Counted from the first letter of the stretch, positions 1-13,868 are shown. The stretch is 64,000 nt of DNA from Octopus vulgaris (GCA_951406725.2 OX597817.1:101494001-101558000); one strand, 5' to 3'. Notes: generated by a model not told the origin, from the sequence alone. Program-made: numbers and translations.

Positions 1-600
1 ACATTTTTTACAACTAGTCCGCATTATTCAATATATAATTTTCATGAAACATCAGGCTTAGATGTGACGGAGACTTGGCTAGTATTTCTAAAAGTATAGT
101 GGCCCTACAGAGGCACCTTTGTTGGCTCGCTGCTATTGATATTATTGTGATGGTTTATAAGAAACAAACTATATTACGTTTCAAAGATTAGAAGACAGTT
201 TCTTATATGACCATCTAACATAAAGCAGCAAACTTATTTAAGAAAAATTACTGCGGCTGTATTAACATTCTTTAACTTCAGCGCGGACGTAATCTATTTC
301 CCAGCTTCCAGCACACTAATATTTGCCTCGTAAAGAATTTTACCCGATACTTCCTGTCACCATCTAGCGGTCAATGTCTTGCCTAAAGCTATCTTTAATT
401 CGATTCATTAATAATTCCTATATTTAATATGAAGACACTCGTTAGTCAGTTTCAAAATTTCATATTAAACATATTTGAATGTAAAATTATACTTCTTGAT
501 ATTTTATTAGGAGTAATATAAGAGAAAAGAACAACAATTATAATAGTAGCGGTTTCGAATCTTGGCACAAGGCGAGCAAATTTAGAAGAATGGGCAAATC

Positions 601-741
601 AATTACATCACACCCAGTACTTGACTGTATTTGATTTATTGATCCCGAAAGGATGAAAGGTGAATTCGTCCTTGGCGGAGTTTGTTAACAGTCGGAAGAA
701 GTACCGCTAAGTATTTTATCCAGCACACTGACGATTCTGCC
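601..741 (-). mobile_element. Degraded SINE, family A (same family as 2260-2675)
   Basis: Reverse complement resembles family A (GGCAGAATCGTCAG... CCTTTCATCCTTTCGGGATCAATAAAT); heavily diverged. Confidence 0.6.
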
Positions 742-2159
742 ATAATAACAATAGTTTATCAGCTATTAGAGTTTCAATACAATGAAAACCCCGGGACTTT
801 ACCAAAATGTGTAGATTAGGACAAACTAGTCGCATAAAATGGAAGGGATAGACGAAAGACGTTATATTTTTTAAAATGGGGACAAATTAAAATTTTGTTT
901 AACATGCATATAATTAAATTGAAAAAAAAAATCATATAAGCACACGCAATAATCAAACTATATACTTTAAATAGAAAATGAAACAGAAAAACACTTAAAA
1001 AAATCTGTCCACAGACAGATGAGGAGCCTCTGGCTAAGTCGAGTTAGTGCCACCCTGCACGTCTGCTTTAACAGTCGACGATCGTACAACCACCTTACTG
1101 AAAAAGATGCCCGTTAACACTTTTTTGTGTGGGTTGGGGTAGGAAACAACATACAACCTCAGGGTACTCTTGTTTCAATTGATTATAGAAAATGTTCATG
1201 TTTTTAATTGACGTTCCGTCATTTAGCTCTTATATTCCAGCCCTATTAGTTCCTTGATGACCAACATACCCAGGAGACACTGACCACCTCACGAATATGT
1301 TATTCTGTCTATCAAACTCTGCTTTGGCTTTCGGAAGATAGTAAAATTTAAATCCTCGTATATCCGGCCGTTGTCATTATTGTTGTCCTTAGGATTTTGT
1401 GGGAGTACTCTTTCTTACCTTTGTTGCTAGTTTCTGTTGTGGTTAGCAGTTTTTTCTTTTCCTTTTTCAATTTAGCTTCTTTTCAAACAATTAGGGACAA
1501 TTTTTTCAAAATGTCATCTATAACATCCACCTATTATGGTGACATTGTCATTGTTTGATAATCAGCTTTTAGTCAAAAACTAATATTTGAACAATACAAC
1601 ACTGGATATAATGAATAATAGGTGAGCGTATGGGATACAAACTGGTGAAAATAGCCCATATCTTCTTTTTGCCAAACAAAAACACCCTTGTGATAGAGTT
1701 TATTGGTTAAACCATTTTTTGTTTTTGATATCACATATTTTTGTCGAAAACAGAGAAACAAATAAATACCAATTATTAGATATTTGCTTCTGGGCATTCA
1801 GATTAATCTTTTCCAGTAATACTTTTAAAAAAGAAATGAAAAAGAAAAAATATCGCAAATGCTGAAGCTGAAAATTCAAGTCGTTTCAATTCTAATTGTA
1901 GTCTTTGTTAATAGATTAACGATTAACAAACAAATGCAAGTGGGCATTTCTCGCCTCGGTTACTGGTTTTATTTATCATTATTAAGTACTTTTCTCCTCT
2001 CTTTCCCCTCTCCCTTTCCATTCTACACCGATATTCCAAAGAAGAAATAATTTTGATAATAGACTTATCCCGTCCTGCAGTTATTTTTTCTTTTACGTAT
2101 TTAACTTTTTGTTCTCTCTCTCTCTTTCTCTTTCTCTTTATATCTCCTCTCTCTGTCTT

Positions 2160-2202
<43 letters not shown>

Positions 2203-2259
2203 ATATATGCATCTATATATCTCAAGATTATATATATATTTATATATGTAAAGCGACAA

Positions 2260-2675
2260 GGCGGCGAGCTGGCAGAAACGTTAACCCGCCCGGCGAAATG
2301 CGTAGCCGTATTTCGTCTGCCGTTACGTTCTGAGTTCAAGTTCCGCCGAGGTCGACTTTGCCTTTCATCCTTTCGGGGGCGATAAATTAAGTACCAGTAA
2401 AGTACTGGGGTCGATATAATCGACTTAACCCGTTTGTCTGTCCTTGTTTGTCCTCTCTGTGTTTAGCCCCTTGTGGATAGTAAAGAAATAAGTATTTCGT
2501 CTGTCGTTACATTCTGAGTTCAAATTTCGCCGAGGTCGACTTTGCCTTTCATCCTTTCGGGGGTAGATAAATTAAGTACCAGCTTCGCAATGGGGTCGAT
2601 GTAATCGACTTAGTCCCTTTGTCTGTCCTTGTTTGTCCTCTCTGTCTTTAGCCCCTTGTGGGTAGTAAAGAAATA
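2260..2675 (+). mobile_element. tRNA-derived SINE family A: full copy (2260-2490) followed head-to-tail by a 5'-truncated copy (2492-2675)
   Basis: A-box-like AGCTGGCAGAA and B-box-like GAGTTCAA. Central block GGTCGACTTTGCCTTTCATCCTTTCGGGG(T)CGATAAATTAAGTACCAG. Tail TTTGTCTGTCCTTGTTTGTCC...GAAATA. Near-identical copy at 45692-45910. Confidence 0.85.
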
Positions 2676-3840
2676 GATTATATATTTATATATGTATGTG
2701 TGCATATATGTGTGTGTATGTATATATATGTTTATATATAAATATATATATATATATACACCCACACATACACACACATACTCACACTCACACACACACA
2801 CGGATATGTGTATGAAAGTAGAACCTTACAGGATTCAGCTATTTAAGTGCGTAGGTTGATAAAAGCTGGAATTCAATAAATTAAAAATTAGCAATAAAAA
2901 TCATATCTCTTGTGGTCGTACATTGCAATGCAACAAACTATCCCACTACATGAATAACAGTGTGATATTACTAAAAGGATTATTTTCTTCTTACATCGAA
3001 GCGGTAGGCATGATTCAGAAGGCTCATTTCATTGTTAACATACGATACATTTAAAGTACACCCTTGGAATAGCTAGCTGGGAAACAGATTGTGTGAAGTG
3101 ATATTATGAACTATGCATACTTTAAAAAGACTGAGGTGCCCTTCCTTGTTCTATTTGTAAGAGATTTAAAAATGGGAATGCGCTATGGGTCGACTTCAAA
3201 CAGATGTTCAGTGACGAACAGATGGCTATAATGGGCATCTGCTTTTAATTTTTTCATCTATCTCTTTGAATTTATGTGTTTGTTTTCTGTAATATACATT
3301 TAAAATCCTATCTCAACAATATTTTAGACATAATTTTAATGATTTGTATTTAAAAATCAGAATTTCCAGAAACATCTTTCTCTTTCTAATTGCCAATGCA
3401 GTATTTTTTAAAAGAATTAAGCTGCGTTTGACCTTATAAACAGCATAAGAATCATTGATGTATCTTGCTAATATGGTTAAATGTTAACTGTAAAAAGATT
3501 TGAGTGCTTTTGTTTCTGCCCCTGTCACTCTCTTCCCACCACACACGCACACACACATACATACACATACATACATACATACATACATACATACATACAT
3601 ACATACATACATACACACTCATACACACTCACACACACACACGCACAAGCACACATACAAAAAGGCACACACACACATATACATATACCTATATATCTGC
3701 ATCACCAGATGCTCCTGGATCAGTTGTTAGGTGTCCCAGCCGTGAAGGGTCGATGCTAGATGTGACGAAACAATTGTCGTAATTAATAAAGATTCTCACA
3801 TATTTCATCTTCTGTCTTTCATTTATCATATATACATATA

Positions 3841-4040
3841 TTCTTTTATTCTTTTACTTGTTTCAGTCATTTGATTGCGGCCATACTATTGCACTGCCTG
3901 AAAGAGTGTTAGTCGAAGAAATCAACAGCTGGACTTATTCTTAGTACGCATAGTGCTTATTCTATCGATTTCTTTCGTCGAACCGCTTAGTTACTGGTAC
4001 ATAAACATAGCAGCATCGGTTTTCAAGCGATGGCGGGGGA
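3841..4040 (-). mobile_element. SINE family B, 3' part only
   Basis: CTTTTACTTGTTTCAGTCATTTGATTGCGGCCA... matches the family B copy at 31175-31340. Confidence 0.7.
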
Positions 4041-4588
4041 CAGTGTTATTCAGGACAATGATTGAGAAAATAGAAATAGTGTCTACATTAATTAAAACCA
4101 AAAACTTGTTCCTCTTAAATCGATAAAACTAACATAGTCTCTAAAATCGTGTGATATATAAATTAGGGATGCTAAATAAATGATAGAAAGATGGTTGGTT
4201 GATATATAACCTTATTGGCAAAAAACACGCGATAAAACGTATCTCAAATTTTGGCCTGTTGGAGAGTGTGTGGTTGGGTGTGGTCGTGGGAATGAGGTGA
4301 AAGAGTTAATCATATTTTGGGAAAACGTTAACACCAAAACAAACTTTTTCCAATAATTCAGCTTTATATCAGGCTTTCACAGTCAATTTTAATTACCTTT
4401 TGGTCCGAGCGGGTGTGATCTACACAGATTGCATATTCATTTTAATGTTCATCTATACATACACACAAGCGCACATACTCTCGTACATGCATGTGCACCC
4501 ATGCTCACACTCATACTTGTATGTGTGAGTGTGTGAGTGTGTGTGTGGTGCATAGGTGTCTGTCTGTATGTATGAATATGTACGCATG

Positions 4589-4627
<39 letters not shown>

Positions 4628-4637
4628 TGAGAGAGAG

Positions 4638-5930
4638 AGGGGGTGATGGGTAAATTATTGCCATTTTATATTTTTTATTTCGCGAATGTACATTGTTTTG
4701 TTTTTGATTTTGTCAACTACACAGTATAGTAGGGTCAGGTGGGTATCTTCTGTGAGAAAAATAGCACTATGACGCAATTCACTCTGCCAGAAATTTGGAA
4801 ACGACATGCTGTACTGCTTGGCATTCACACCGGAAGCTCCAGTACGAACATTTCAGAGTGTTTGGGTGTCAACTTGGGGACAGTGCAGAGGATTTTTGAA
4901 AGATTTGGATGAGTCTAATGGTGATTACAAAGGTACGGCAGCTCGGAAAACTCGCTCCGATCGTTCTGATAAGAAAATAACTTTTGAATTTGTTGGTGAG
5001 ATCCAGGTCATGATTGACAACGATCCCTCCCAGTCAATTAGGTCCATCGCCAAGGACATGTGAGCGTCTGAGTATCTTATCTAGCAGGTAGTGCATGAAG
5101 ACGTTTGGTAGTCTTCATACAAGATGAGAAAGGGCCAATTTGTATCCCATGCTATCAAGGACAAAAGGCAAACCGCGCTGCGAAGCTTTTGAACAAATTC
5201 GAGCATCTCGTCCAACCGAATATGCTTTGATTTTTCTCAGACGAGAAAAATTTCTGTTCAGGATCAGACGGTGAACACACATAACAACCTTTGGCTTGCC
5301 GTATCCCCAAAACATTTACCGAGAGTGATAAAAATCAAACATCCAGTCAACATCATGGTGTTTGGAGTGGTCGCCAGTGGTGGTGAAGTTATGCCTTCAT
5401 TCATCTTCCCAAGCAGCCTCAGACTAAACACGGAGGCCTACATCAAGTGCCTGGGGGAGGTAGTGCTATCCTGGTTCAAGAGGGTGACTGCTGGAAGATC
5501 TTAATATCTGGCAACAGGATTTTGTACCATACCACCCAAGCAGGAAAACCCAGTCATGGCTATTAGATAATTTCTGCGACCACATCACCCCTAATATCTG
5601 GTCATCCTTCTCCCCAGGCTGCAACCCCCTTGACTATTATGTGTGGGGCGCAGTTACGCGAGAGACCCCAAAAAGTCTTTGTAATGAACTGAAAGCAAGG
5701 ACTGTGGCAGTATTCACCAGCTTAAACAAGGAGACGTCCAGAAGAGTTGCAGGAGATTCCAAAGTCGTCTGAAGGTTGTGGTTGAAGCCAATGGCGATTT
5801 TATTGAAGAAATTTACTCTTTAGTATTTCAAAATATTTTTGTGTAATTTTGGTAAATATATCTGTTAAAATTAGATGTCAGTGTTATTTTCTTTTTGTGT
5901 AACTTAGGCAACAATTTATTTATCGCATCC

Positions 5931-5932
<2 letters not shown>
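4638..5932 (+). mobile_element. Tc1/mariner superfamily, maT (DD37D) transposon fossil
   Basis: Frameshifted transposase fragments: FSDEK-like segment near 5230, MVFGVVASGGEVMP (ORF 5271), then IWQQD-x37-D (…SPGCNPLDYYVWGAV, 5506-5655). Degenerate TIRs GGGTGATGGGTAAATTATTGCC and GGCAACAATTTATTTATCGCATCCTG. Confidence 0.85.
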
Positions 5933-5965
<33 letters not shown>

Positions 5966-6924
5966 CATGAACCACAGCCTTGTTATATGCAAAGCAAAAA
6001 TCTAGTCTTTGAAATACAAGTAACAAGTTGGTTCTGCCTGAGAATTATGTGTAGTCGTATATGTGGAATACTCAAGTACTTACACATAAGTTTGAATTTC
6101 AATTTGTCGAGTAAATAGAATACCATTTTAAAATTTAATAGAGGGCCATTGATTTCGACAATGAGTATTGCAGATGTTGTAACAGATATTCATACGACAG
6201 TACCCACTCATTCTTAGGTATAAACATAGGAGTATGGAACAACACCTGGTATACACAAAACCCACTAACGAATACCTACATAAGCATGAGAACAAGGAGT
6301 ATATTCATAAAATGTCTCTAGATAAATCTCTTTTGGGACGATCTTTAACATTTTGCTTCAAATATGATGCATAAATAGGGAAAACATAAGCATAACGAAT
6401 ACTCTAACATGTAGAACAAATGTCCACTGTAAACATACAATATTTAGCAAAAAAAGAAATGCAAACCGCATACACAATATTATAGAAACCAAATGCACTC
6501 AACTTATAGTAGAGTTGAATACCCTAAAAATTTAAATTCACGAATCAAAACGCAATATATATGACACTTTACTTCAATATATACACTACGACTAAAAATT
6601 TTCTCGTCAGTATAAAACTACAAAACTGCTTGCTACAGAGTGCGAGTGCCTTGTAGGAACAGACTGGATAGATGGTCGAGAAGATCATGTCTAGATTTCC
6701 AACAGCAACCTGTACGTATTAACTACAAGTTAGTATGTTTAGTATTGTCCGCAGTTTGGTGGCGGCATGGTATGACATGAATAACAATGTGTGACACGAT
6801 TTTTGTCCTTGGGTAGCAGCTGTTATTTCCTTTTTTTTTTTTTTTTTTGTCATTCCTAGAAAGTATGAAAATTGACTAATATTTCCTTCAAACTTTACAT
6901 TTGTTACATTTATCCAAACCTACA

Positions 6925-7080
6925 AAATTCCACTCGACACAGGGCTATGATGCTTCCCCCACTACTCCTGTTTACGATCAGAGATGCACATATTGTCATT
7001 CACTAAGAGCCATGCTCAAGTTGCTATGGTCAAGCAACTGACAAGTAAATATGTAGTATTGAGCAGAATAGTTGATATAA
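6925..7080 (-). repeat. Unclassified dispersed repeat (inverse copy of part of 50430-50920)
   Basis: GGCTATGATGCTTCCCCCACTACT...GATCAGAGATGCACATAT...GCAACTGACAAG...TTGAGCAGAATA is the reverse complement of 50533-50670. Confidence 0.65.
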
Positions 7081-8080
7081 CGATAGTTCTGCTTCGGCAA
7101 CTTAGAGCTGAATCTGTCTGAAATGTAATGGAAAATTACTCAAATTCGAAACATTGATGTTCAGATCACAAAAGCTCAGTTTGAAGGGCGTAGTATTCAT
7201 TTCCGTTGATTTCTACTTTGAAACAAATAGGAAATAACACTTACTGACCAAAGACAATAAATACATAAATAAAAATTGTGTTACTCAGTGTAACATATCA
7301 GTGGCTCGACTAGTATTTTTTATGAGCCGGTTTGATTAGAGTTCACCTGGTGGACAAATGACAACACAATGTTCATTATTCGGCTTAAGAGAACATACCA
7401 ACAACTACACTACTGTACTCATAAATAGAGCTCAGTGAGGGGTATTATATTTCCTACGAAGGATCAGGCTAATCATGCCAGAGGATCTTTCATAGAAATT
7501 ACATATATATCACATCGACAAATATTATCATAGAGTGTTCATGTATCTATTCCAGAACTCCAAAATATACTGATTTTTTTTTATATAATGAACAAGTTTA
7601 CACTGCTTTGGAGGGTATTCAATTATCTGAGACCACCATTGCATTCCATAATACATTCACATTCTTGAGAATGCATGCAAGAATTATATTCAAAACTACC
7701 CAACTCAACCAATGTATATCCATCACTTGTTTGTGTATTCATTTCTTATCTCTTCTATCATACTATAATATTTTCTGTTCCTTTCATTAATGCAGCCATA
7801 CAAGCACTCACACATAAATAGAAAATAAAGTGTCCACTAACGTTAATAAAGCCGATGGAAATAATTTCCATTGGAAACTTTCTTACTGAAATCTTACATT
7901 TATGTGTTGAGCAGATGTTGAATAGCTCAACTTGTTTAAAATAATTGGCATCCAATTGAAAGCATGATTTATATTCAGCTGGGTTAACGTTTACTACTTC
8001 TCTAGTATATCTCTCATATGCAAACATAACGACCGCGCGCGCGCACATACACGCACACACGCACAAGTGTGTGTGTGTGT

Positions 8081-8151
<71 letters not shown>

Positions 8152-8152
<1 letters not shown>

Positions 8153-8300
8153 TTTATTTTAAGCAGCAGAAAATTCAACAATTTTGTTGAATTCAACAGA
8201 TTTTGTTGAATTTTCTGCTGCTTAAAATAAAGCATATTACTCTACCACTGGTATTTGAGTACTCTTTTTTCCACCTTGTTTCACATTTATGTGTTTACTC

Positions 8301-8301
<1 letters not shown>
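8152..8301. repeat. Short insertion between (TA)n tracts that begins with a perfect 30-bp inverted repeat
   Basis: CTTTATTTTAAGCAGCAGAAAATTCAACAA (8152-8181) is the exact reverse complement of 8203-8232. Confidence 0.85.
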
Positions 8302-8361
<60 letters not shown>

Positions 8362-8405
8362 TTATATTTGTATATGTATGTACATGTATATAAATAAATT
8401 TATAT

Positions 8406-8491
<86 letters not shown>

Positions 8492-9779
8492 TGAGAGAGA
8501 GATGCATATTTATTAGTACATGTTTTTATACTAATTGATACTTTCAAAATTATTTGCATAAAGTTATTAGCTAATAATTTGTCGTTTTCCGTATCTTAAT
8601 CATTTAGAACGGTGAAGTAGTAACATTCCGGGAAAATATCTGGTCGTGGTATTTGACTTCGGCCCATTTTAATCTGAATTAAAATTTTTCTGTCTCAATA
8701 TTTGCAGTTCATCTTTCCGGGCTCATTAAATGAAGCATCAATCAAATACTTGCGCCAATTATATCAATTCTACCCTCCCCAATATTTATCAACGTCAAAT
8801 AGATGTATTGCGATTTCGATAATGCACGTTGCTGTTTGATCATGTCCACTAAATACGTACTGGTGTTCGTTACTGTTATTGCTTATGTAGTTTAACCCAG
8901 ATCATGCCTAATTGATTAGATCTATGGTCAAAAGCATTCCAGCCATGGCCATCCACTATTTATTCAGAATTAATGTATCAAAGACGAAATAACGTAATGG
9001 TTTCTTTCTAATAGAGTGTGATTTGAAGGCTATTTGGCTGGTATTTCTAGCGAGCCAAATTACAACATAGTGACTGTCTGTCTGTCTCATTGTATTACTG
9101 TTATTTTACTGAATTTATCCGAAATGCTCTGTCGATATCAGTTGTATTTGAACCCACAACAGAAAGTCACCGGAAGAATATTCACATGTGTTTAATACCG
9201 AAACAACAAAAAATATTCTAGGTTCTATCTATTTTTAGATACTGTCATTAGAGAAGGAAGCCCCTTCGAAATATGTATACCCTCGAAGCTCCCCATGACA
9301 TTTTGTAAGTATCTACGCTGTTGGGAACCACTATTAATATCTATGATATGTTTGTGAGTGACGTAACATGATAGTTAACTGAACGTCATAGCTCTGTGGG
9401 CGTTGTGTGAGAAAAATACTATGAATTAACTCAACACTTGCGTATCTTGGCAAATATGCGCTGTACTAGATTCTCTGGCAAAGCAGCAGGCGCCTACATT
9501 TCCACCCTCTGGTTCATACTATCTATAAGAAACAAATAAACAAAAGCAATAAAATGTGTAAGCATTACCATTTTAGGCAATCGTACATAGGGTCAGTCAT
9601 TCATTCATATTTACCCACGCATCCTGTATTTTTAGGGAGAGGTTTCTTTTTGCTTCCCACCTCATCTCTCTTTAGATACGCATGAGGGTGAGGACTCATA
9701 TTTGTTTATATATATAATCTTGTTAGCCAAATTGTTAATATCACAAGACACCAAGTTTCAAAGAGACAACACTGCCCGG

Positions 9780-9787
9780 CATAAATA
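9780..9787 (+). promoter_or_regulatory. Candidate TATA-like box of the VWA gene
   Basis: CATAAATA, 48 nt upstream of the ATG at 9828; positional inference only. Confidence 0.35.
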
Positions 9788-9827
9788 CTCATTGCAAATC
9801 TTCGACACTTCTTCAAAAACCAACAAA

Positions 9828-9875
9828 ATGTTCCATAAACAGACTTACTATTTTACAGTCCTCAGTTTACTTACA
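9828..9875 (+). CDS. VWA gene exon 1 (signal peptide)
   Basis: CAAAATG start, hydrophobic peptide [16 protein letters not shown], donor GTAAGT at 9876. Confidence 0.8.
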
Positions 9876-10042
9876 GTAAGTGATTTATAATGTAAATTCT
9901 CTTTCTTTCTCTCTCTCTCACTCTTTCTTCCTCTCTGTCTCTCTTTCTCTCCTATCTTTTATTTGTATCCATCTCTCCCCGTACACACAGACACACAGAT
10001 ACACACAGACACACAGATACACACAAATACAGAAAGGGGTTT

Positions 10043-10080
<38 letters not shown>

Positions 10081-10122
10081 ATATATAAACATACATACGT
10101 ACAAACACACGTGTTCAACCAT

Positions 10123-10190
<68 letters not shown>

Positions 10191-10447
10191 GTGTATATAT
10201 ATACATACATACATACATACATACATACATACATACATACATACATACATACATGCACACATACGCATATATAAATTATACTTACTGGAAACATATTTCT
10301 ACAAACTAAATCATACATGAAAAGAAATATATGTAAATAAATTATTTATTTGAACGAATAGTTTTTCACGCACTAAAAATAATACAGTGTTTCAAAATCA
10401 CAACTTGACTAGATTAACATGAGCCTGTCAAAAATCTGCTGTCAGGT

Positions 10448-10511
<64 letters not shown>

Positions 10512-13500
10512 AGATAATTTCGTCTTTTATCATAAGGTAAATTTTATTTACCAGACTTCTTTACAATGAAATATTTTCTACAACAAATGTTTCATTTTAT
10601 ATTTCAGTTTGCAGCTCACAGTTTACCAACGAAACGTAAGTATTACTCCCTACCGACATTTTGCACTAGTAACAATATATAATAAAAATATATTTGATCG
10701 CTATTAAAATATTTGAATTACTTTCTGTAGATTTAAAAATTGAGGTTCGGCTAACGTTTATGTATTAAACTTTTACTGTGTAACTGATGAATTATTAATA
10801 TGCTAAAAGGACTTTTTTATATCCAAGTCTTACGTATGTAAATATAACCAATTCATTCTTTAAAATATCATTTTTTTTAAAAACAGGTCAAAATAAAAAT
10901 TAATGAATATTCTATTTTGCAGGATGTGTCGGTAAAGCAGCGAACATCATGTTTGTACTAGATTCTTCTAGTAGTATATGGATTGTCGATTATAAAAAAC
11001 AACTGAAATTTGCTCAAAATCTGGTGGATAATTTTGACATTGGTACTGGTAATTCTCAAGTTAACGTTGGCGCTATTACTTTCAGTGATAGAGCTCATCT
11101 CGAGTTTTCTCTTGATCGATATGCAGACAGCCAACAAGTGAGAAAAGCCATAGATAACATTCCTTACAGAACTGGTCAAACTAACACAGCGGAAGCATTG
11201 CGAGTTTTGAGATCAGAACTGAAACCGAAGCTACAGTCATCTTCATCTCCTTTCATTGCAATTGTTATCACTGATGGTAAATCACGTGATACGAAAGCCA
11301 CAAAAGAAGAGGCCAAGTTACTTCATAAACTTGGAATCCACGTTTATGCTATTGGTGTTGGAAGTAATTACGATTTGGAAGAATTGAAAGCTATTGCGAG
11401 TGATCCCGTCAACAATGTGTTTGAAGTAACCAGTTATTCAGCATTACAGAATATAGCGAAATCTTTCGGAGTGAAAACATGTGAAGGTAAATTGATTTAG
11501 CTTAAAGACTGTAGGTTCCAAATATTATTAGTATTGTTTTCAATAATTTACCTAGCATGCTGTTGTTGTACATGTTCGCAATGAAAGGAAATTGTGCAAG
11601 TGATACCTTATATAGCAACTCGACTTTTGTATGTGACGTAAAACTTTCTTTATATACGCCACTACCATATGAATCACCCTTTTCAGTTTGATACTCTGCT
11701 TTCTGCTTTGGCCGAATACTTGCAAGATGTAGTCATGCTGTCTGGTTATTTTTATATGGACGAACTATTTCTGTCTCTGTCTTTGATTACCTTGCTAATG
11801 GCGGGTGTCATGTGGATAATTTATTTTATAGTTGTCTATCTACGTCGGTCTTGTAGTGTAGACCGTAAACACTAAATATAAAGAAATGTAGTCCTTCGAG
11901 ATTTTAGAGTCATTAATGTAAATATATTGTACTTTCAACTAAAATGTTTTTAATTTTAATTGGTATATGAAAAAAATGATAAAACAAAAACGGCCGAATG
12001 CTACTGTAAAACTTCAAAATTCCAGCATGTAGTTTATTTTTTTTAGCCCCAGCTTAATCGATTGTTGATCAAAGGCGTTCAAAACAGCTACTCTATTTTG
12101 ATTTTTTACAATAGTTCTATATGTCGGAGTAGATCATACAATGTACCCTTCAATTTTAAGACTTTAGGGTATGAGGTGAGAGAGATTTGGATGATATTTC
12201 TGGCAGATCGGATGACCACTTAGTTATCGCGTTCCAATATATTATCATGGTGTGAAATACTGCTTTTAGAGAAAATGTACAAACGCTATATTTTTGAAGT
12301 GTATACGTAATGTCATGTGTTAATTTAGGTTTTTCTTTTTCCCACACAGCTATAACAAAACCTCCTGTTGTTCAAGATACATCAGCCCACACAACGAAAC
12401 AGCAGTTTACAACTACTACGGAAATGAAGACAACCACTACAACAAAACAGCCTTTCACTACTACTAGAGCAACAACAACAGCAGCAACAACAACAACAGC
12501 AGCAGCAACAACAACAACAACAGCAACAACAACAGCAGCAACACCAGAAATGACTACTTCGGTTGTAACTGCATCGCCAGCCAAATCAATATCAATAAAA
12601 ACCTTTGTTTTTCCAGCAACAGGGAAGCCAAGAACTCTGTTTTCTGATATACCACAAAGAGATGAATCTTGTAAGCATATTACTTCACATATTTTTATTA
12701 TTCCAGTATTTTATGAATATTATCTTTTAAATATATTATAGTATAAACCCCAAATGTTAAAATCTAAAGAACTGAATAGTAGCGAATACTCTTTGAAACA
12801 AGTAGCCTTGGTATATTTAAAGCATGTCTTCCTGTCTAAAGAGCATACCAAAGTATACTGTTCAGAACAAAATGGATATTACATCGTAGCCTCTTGAGAA
12901 TTAATAGGAAATTTCTTGTGCGATAAACTTCAAAAATGTAGAAATTTTAAAGAGAGATCAAGTTAAAGTTTTAGCACTAATCATGTTGGCTCTGTGGGCT
13001 CCCATAGAGATGAAAATTTTAAACCGATAATACTTTATATTGACGTCAGTGCCAAGAAATCACCAAAAGTGATTTTGTTGATGTACTAGATTATGCAGGA
13101 TTCAAATGGTGATATTTGATATATGAATAGAGATTTTACAAATTTGGTGAAATTTGTCAATGAAAATGAAACACAGCATTTAAGTACAAAGACTCTACTG
13201 ATGTGTATAAATTGTCGGATTACAATATTATTTGAATATCAATTACAAATTCTTTTCAGTTTTTACATCCCCACAATGATAAATATGCTTTATATTCTAT
13301 TTCAGCATCTGTAACCTATGGGTATGACCTACTCTCTATGGGAGCCTACAGAGCCAACATGATTACACAATTTATCAATACTATGCTGCCGTACACTGGA
13401 TATGGAAATTTCAGAGTTGTGTCGTTTGCCCACTGTCCGGTTAACTTCAATGTTCCTACGACTTCACTGACTGGGAAATCTTATTCAGAAACAAGAAACA

Positions 13501-13868
13501 GTGTTAATATAGCTGTTCCCGGCTTGGCGAATGTCATACGTGAAATGAGAAAAGGAAATGAAACAAAAGACAGTACGACTACTTGGAAAAAGAACACAGC
13601 TGTTTTGTTTGTCGATCCTTCAGTAACTGCGATTACACAAGAAGTATTAGAAGAAAGTGAAAAGCTTAAGAATGAAGGCAGTAAAGTATTCTTAGTGAAT
13701 GTAGGTCGTAATATTTGGCCACAACCTCAATTACTGCATTCAATCAGCAGCCAACCTTACAACAGATACATTTATAATTTCCCAACTTACAATCAATTGT
13801 TATATACCGCTCACAACACACCGTTCAAGCTCAGAGCTATGTGTAAAGGTTACCGGAACACATATTAA
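9828..13868 (+). CDS. Secreted VWA / Thr-rich mucin-like stalk / degenerate VWA protein, 507 aa; join(9828..9875,10608..10635,10923..11486,12350..12670,13306..13868)
   Basis: All four introns are GT-AG with consistent phases (0,1,1,1), giving a 1524-nt open frame. Signal peptide [24 protein letters not shown]1 has MIDAS residues DSSSS, T (GQTNT) and D (ITDG), bracketed by Cys. Collagen VI/XII- or matrilin-type VWA. Confidence 0.88.
10608..10635 (+). CDS. VWA gene exon 2 (28-nt microexon, signal-peptide cleavage region FAAHSLPTK)
   Basis: Acceptor TTTTATATTTCAG, donor GTAAGT at 10636; supplies the phase needed to join exon 1 to exon 3. Confidence 0.78.
10923..11486 (+). CDS. VWA gene exon 3 (complete VWA domain with MIDAS)
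   Basis: Acceptor TATTTTGCAG. ORF 10949..11500 (FVLDSSSSI...VITDG...YAIGVG...IASDP). Donor GTAAAT at 11487. Confidence 0.93.
12350..12670 (+). CDS. VWA gene exon 4 (Thr/Ala/Pro-rich mucin-like linker)
   Basis: Acceptor TTTTTCCCACACAG, poly-Thr tracts in ORF 12310, donor GTAAGC at 12671. Confidence 0.85.
13306..13868 (+). CDS. VWA gene exon 5 (degenerate VWA-like domain, stop TAA)
   Basis: Acceptor TATTTCAG in frame with ORF 13338. TAVLFVDP / [14 protein letters not shown] / LHSISSQP...TYNQL parallel VWA1 IAIVITDG / [14 protein letters not shown] / LKAIASDP...SYSAL. Confidence 0.85.

Noticed and set aside
780-1850. Possible hAT-like MITE end (TTAGTGCCACCCTG near 1045) and decayed coding sequence
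   Set aside because: No matching second terminus or convincing protein motif.
3740-3780. Hammerhead-like GTGAAGG GTC..GAC GAAACAATTGTC
   Set aside because: Two core changes and no stem I; at best a decayed relic, not counted.
11669-11875. Hydrophobic 68-aa ORF in VWA intron 3 as a transmembrane exon
   Set aside because: Not needed for the phase-consistent model and no convincing splice sites.
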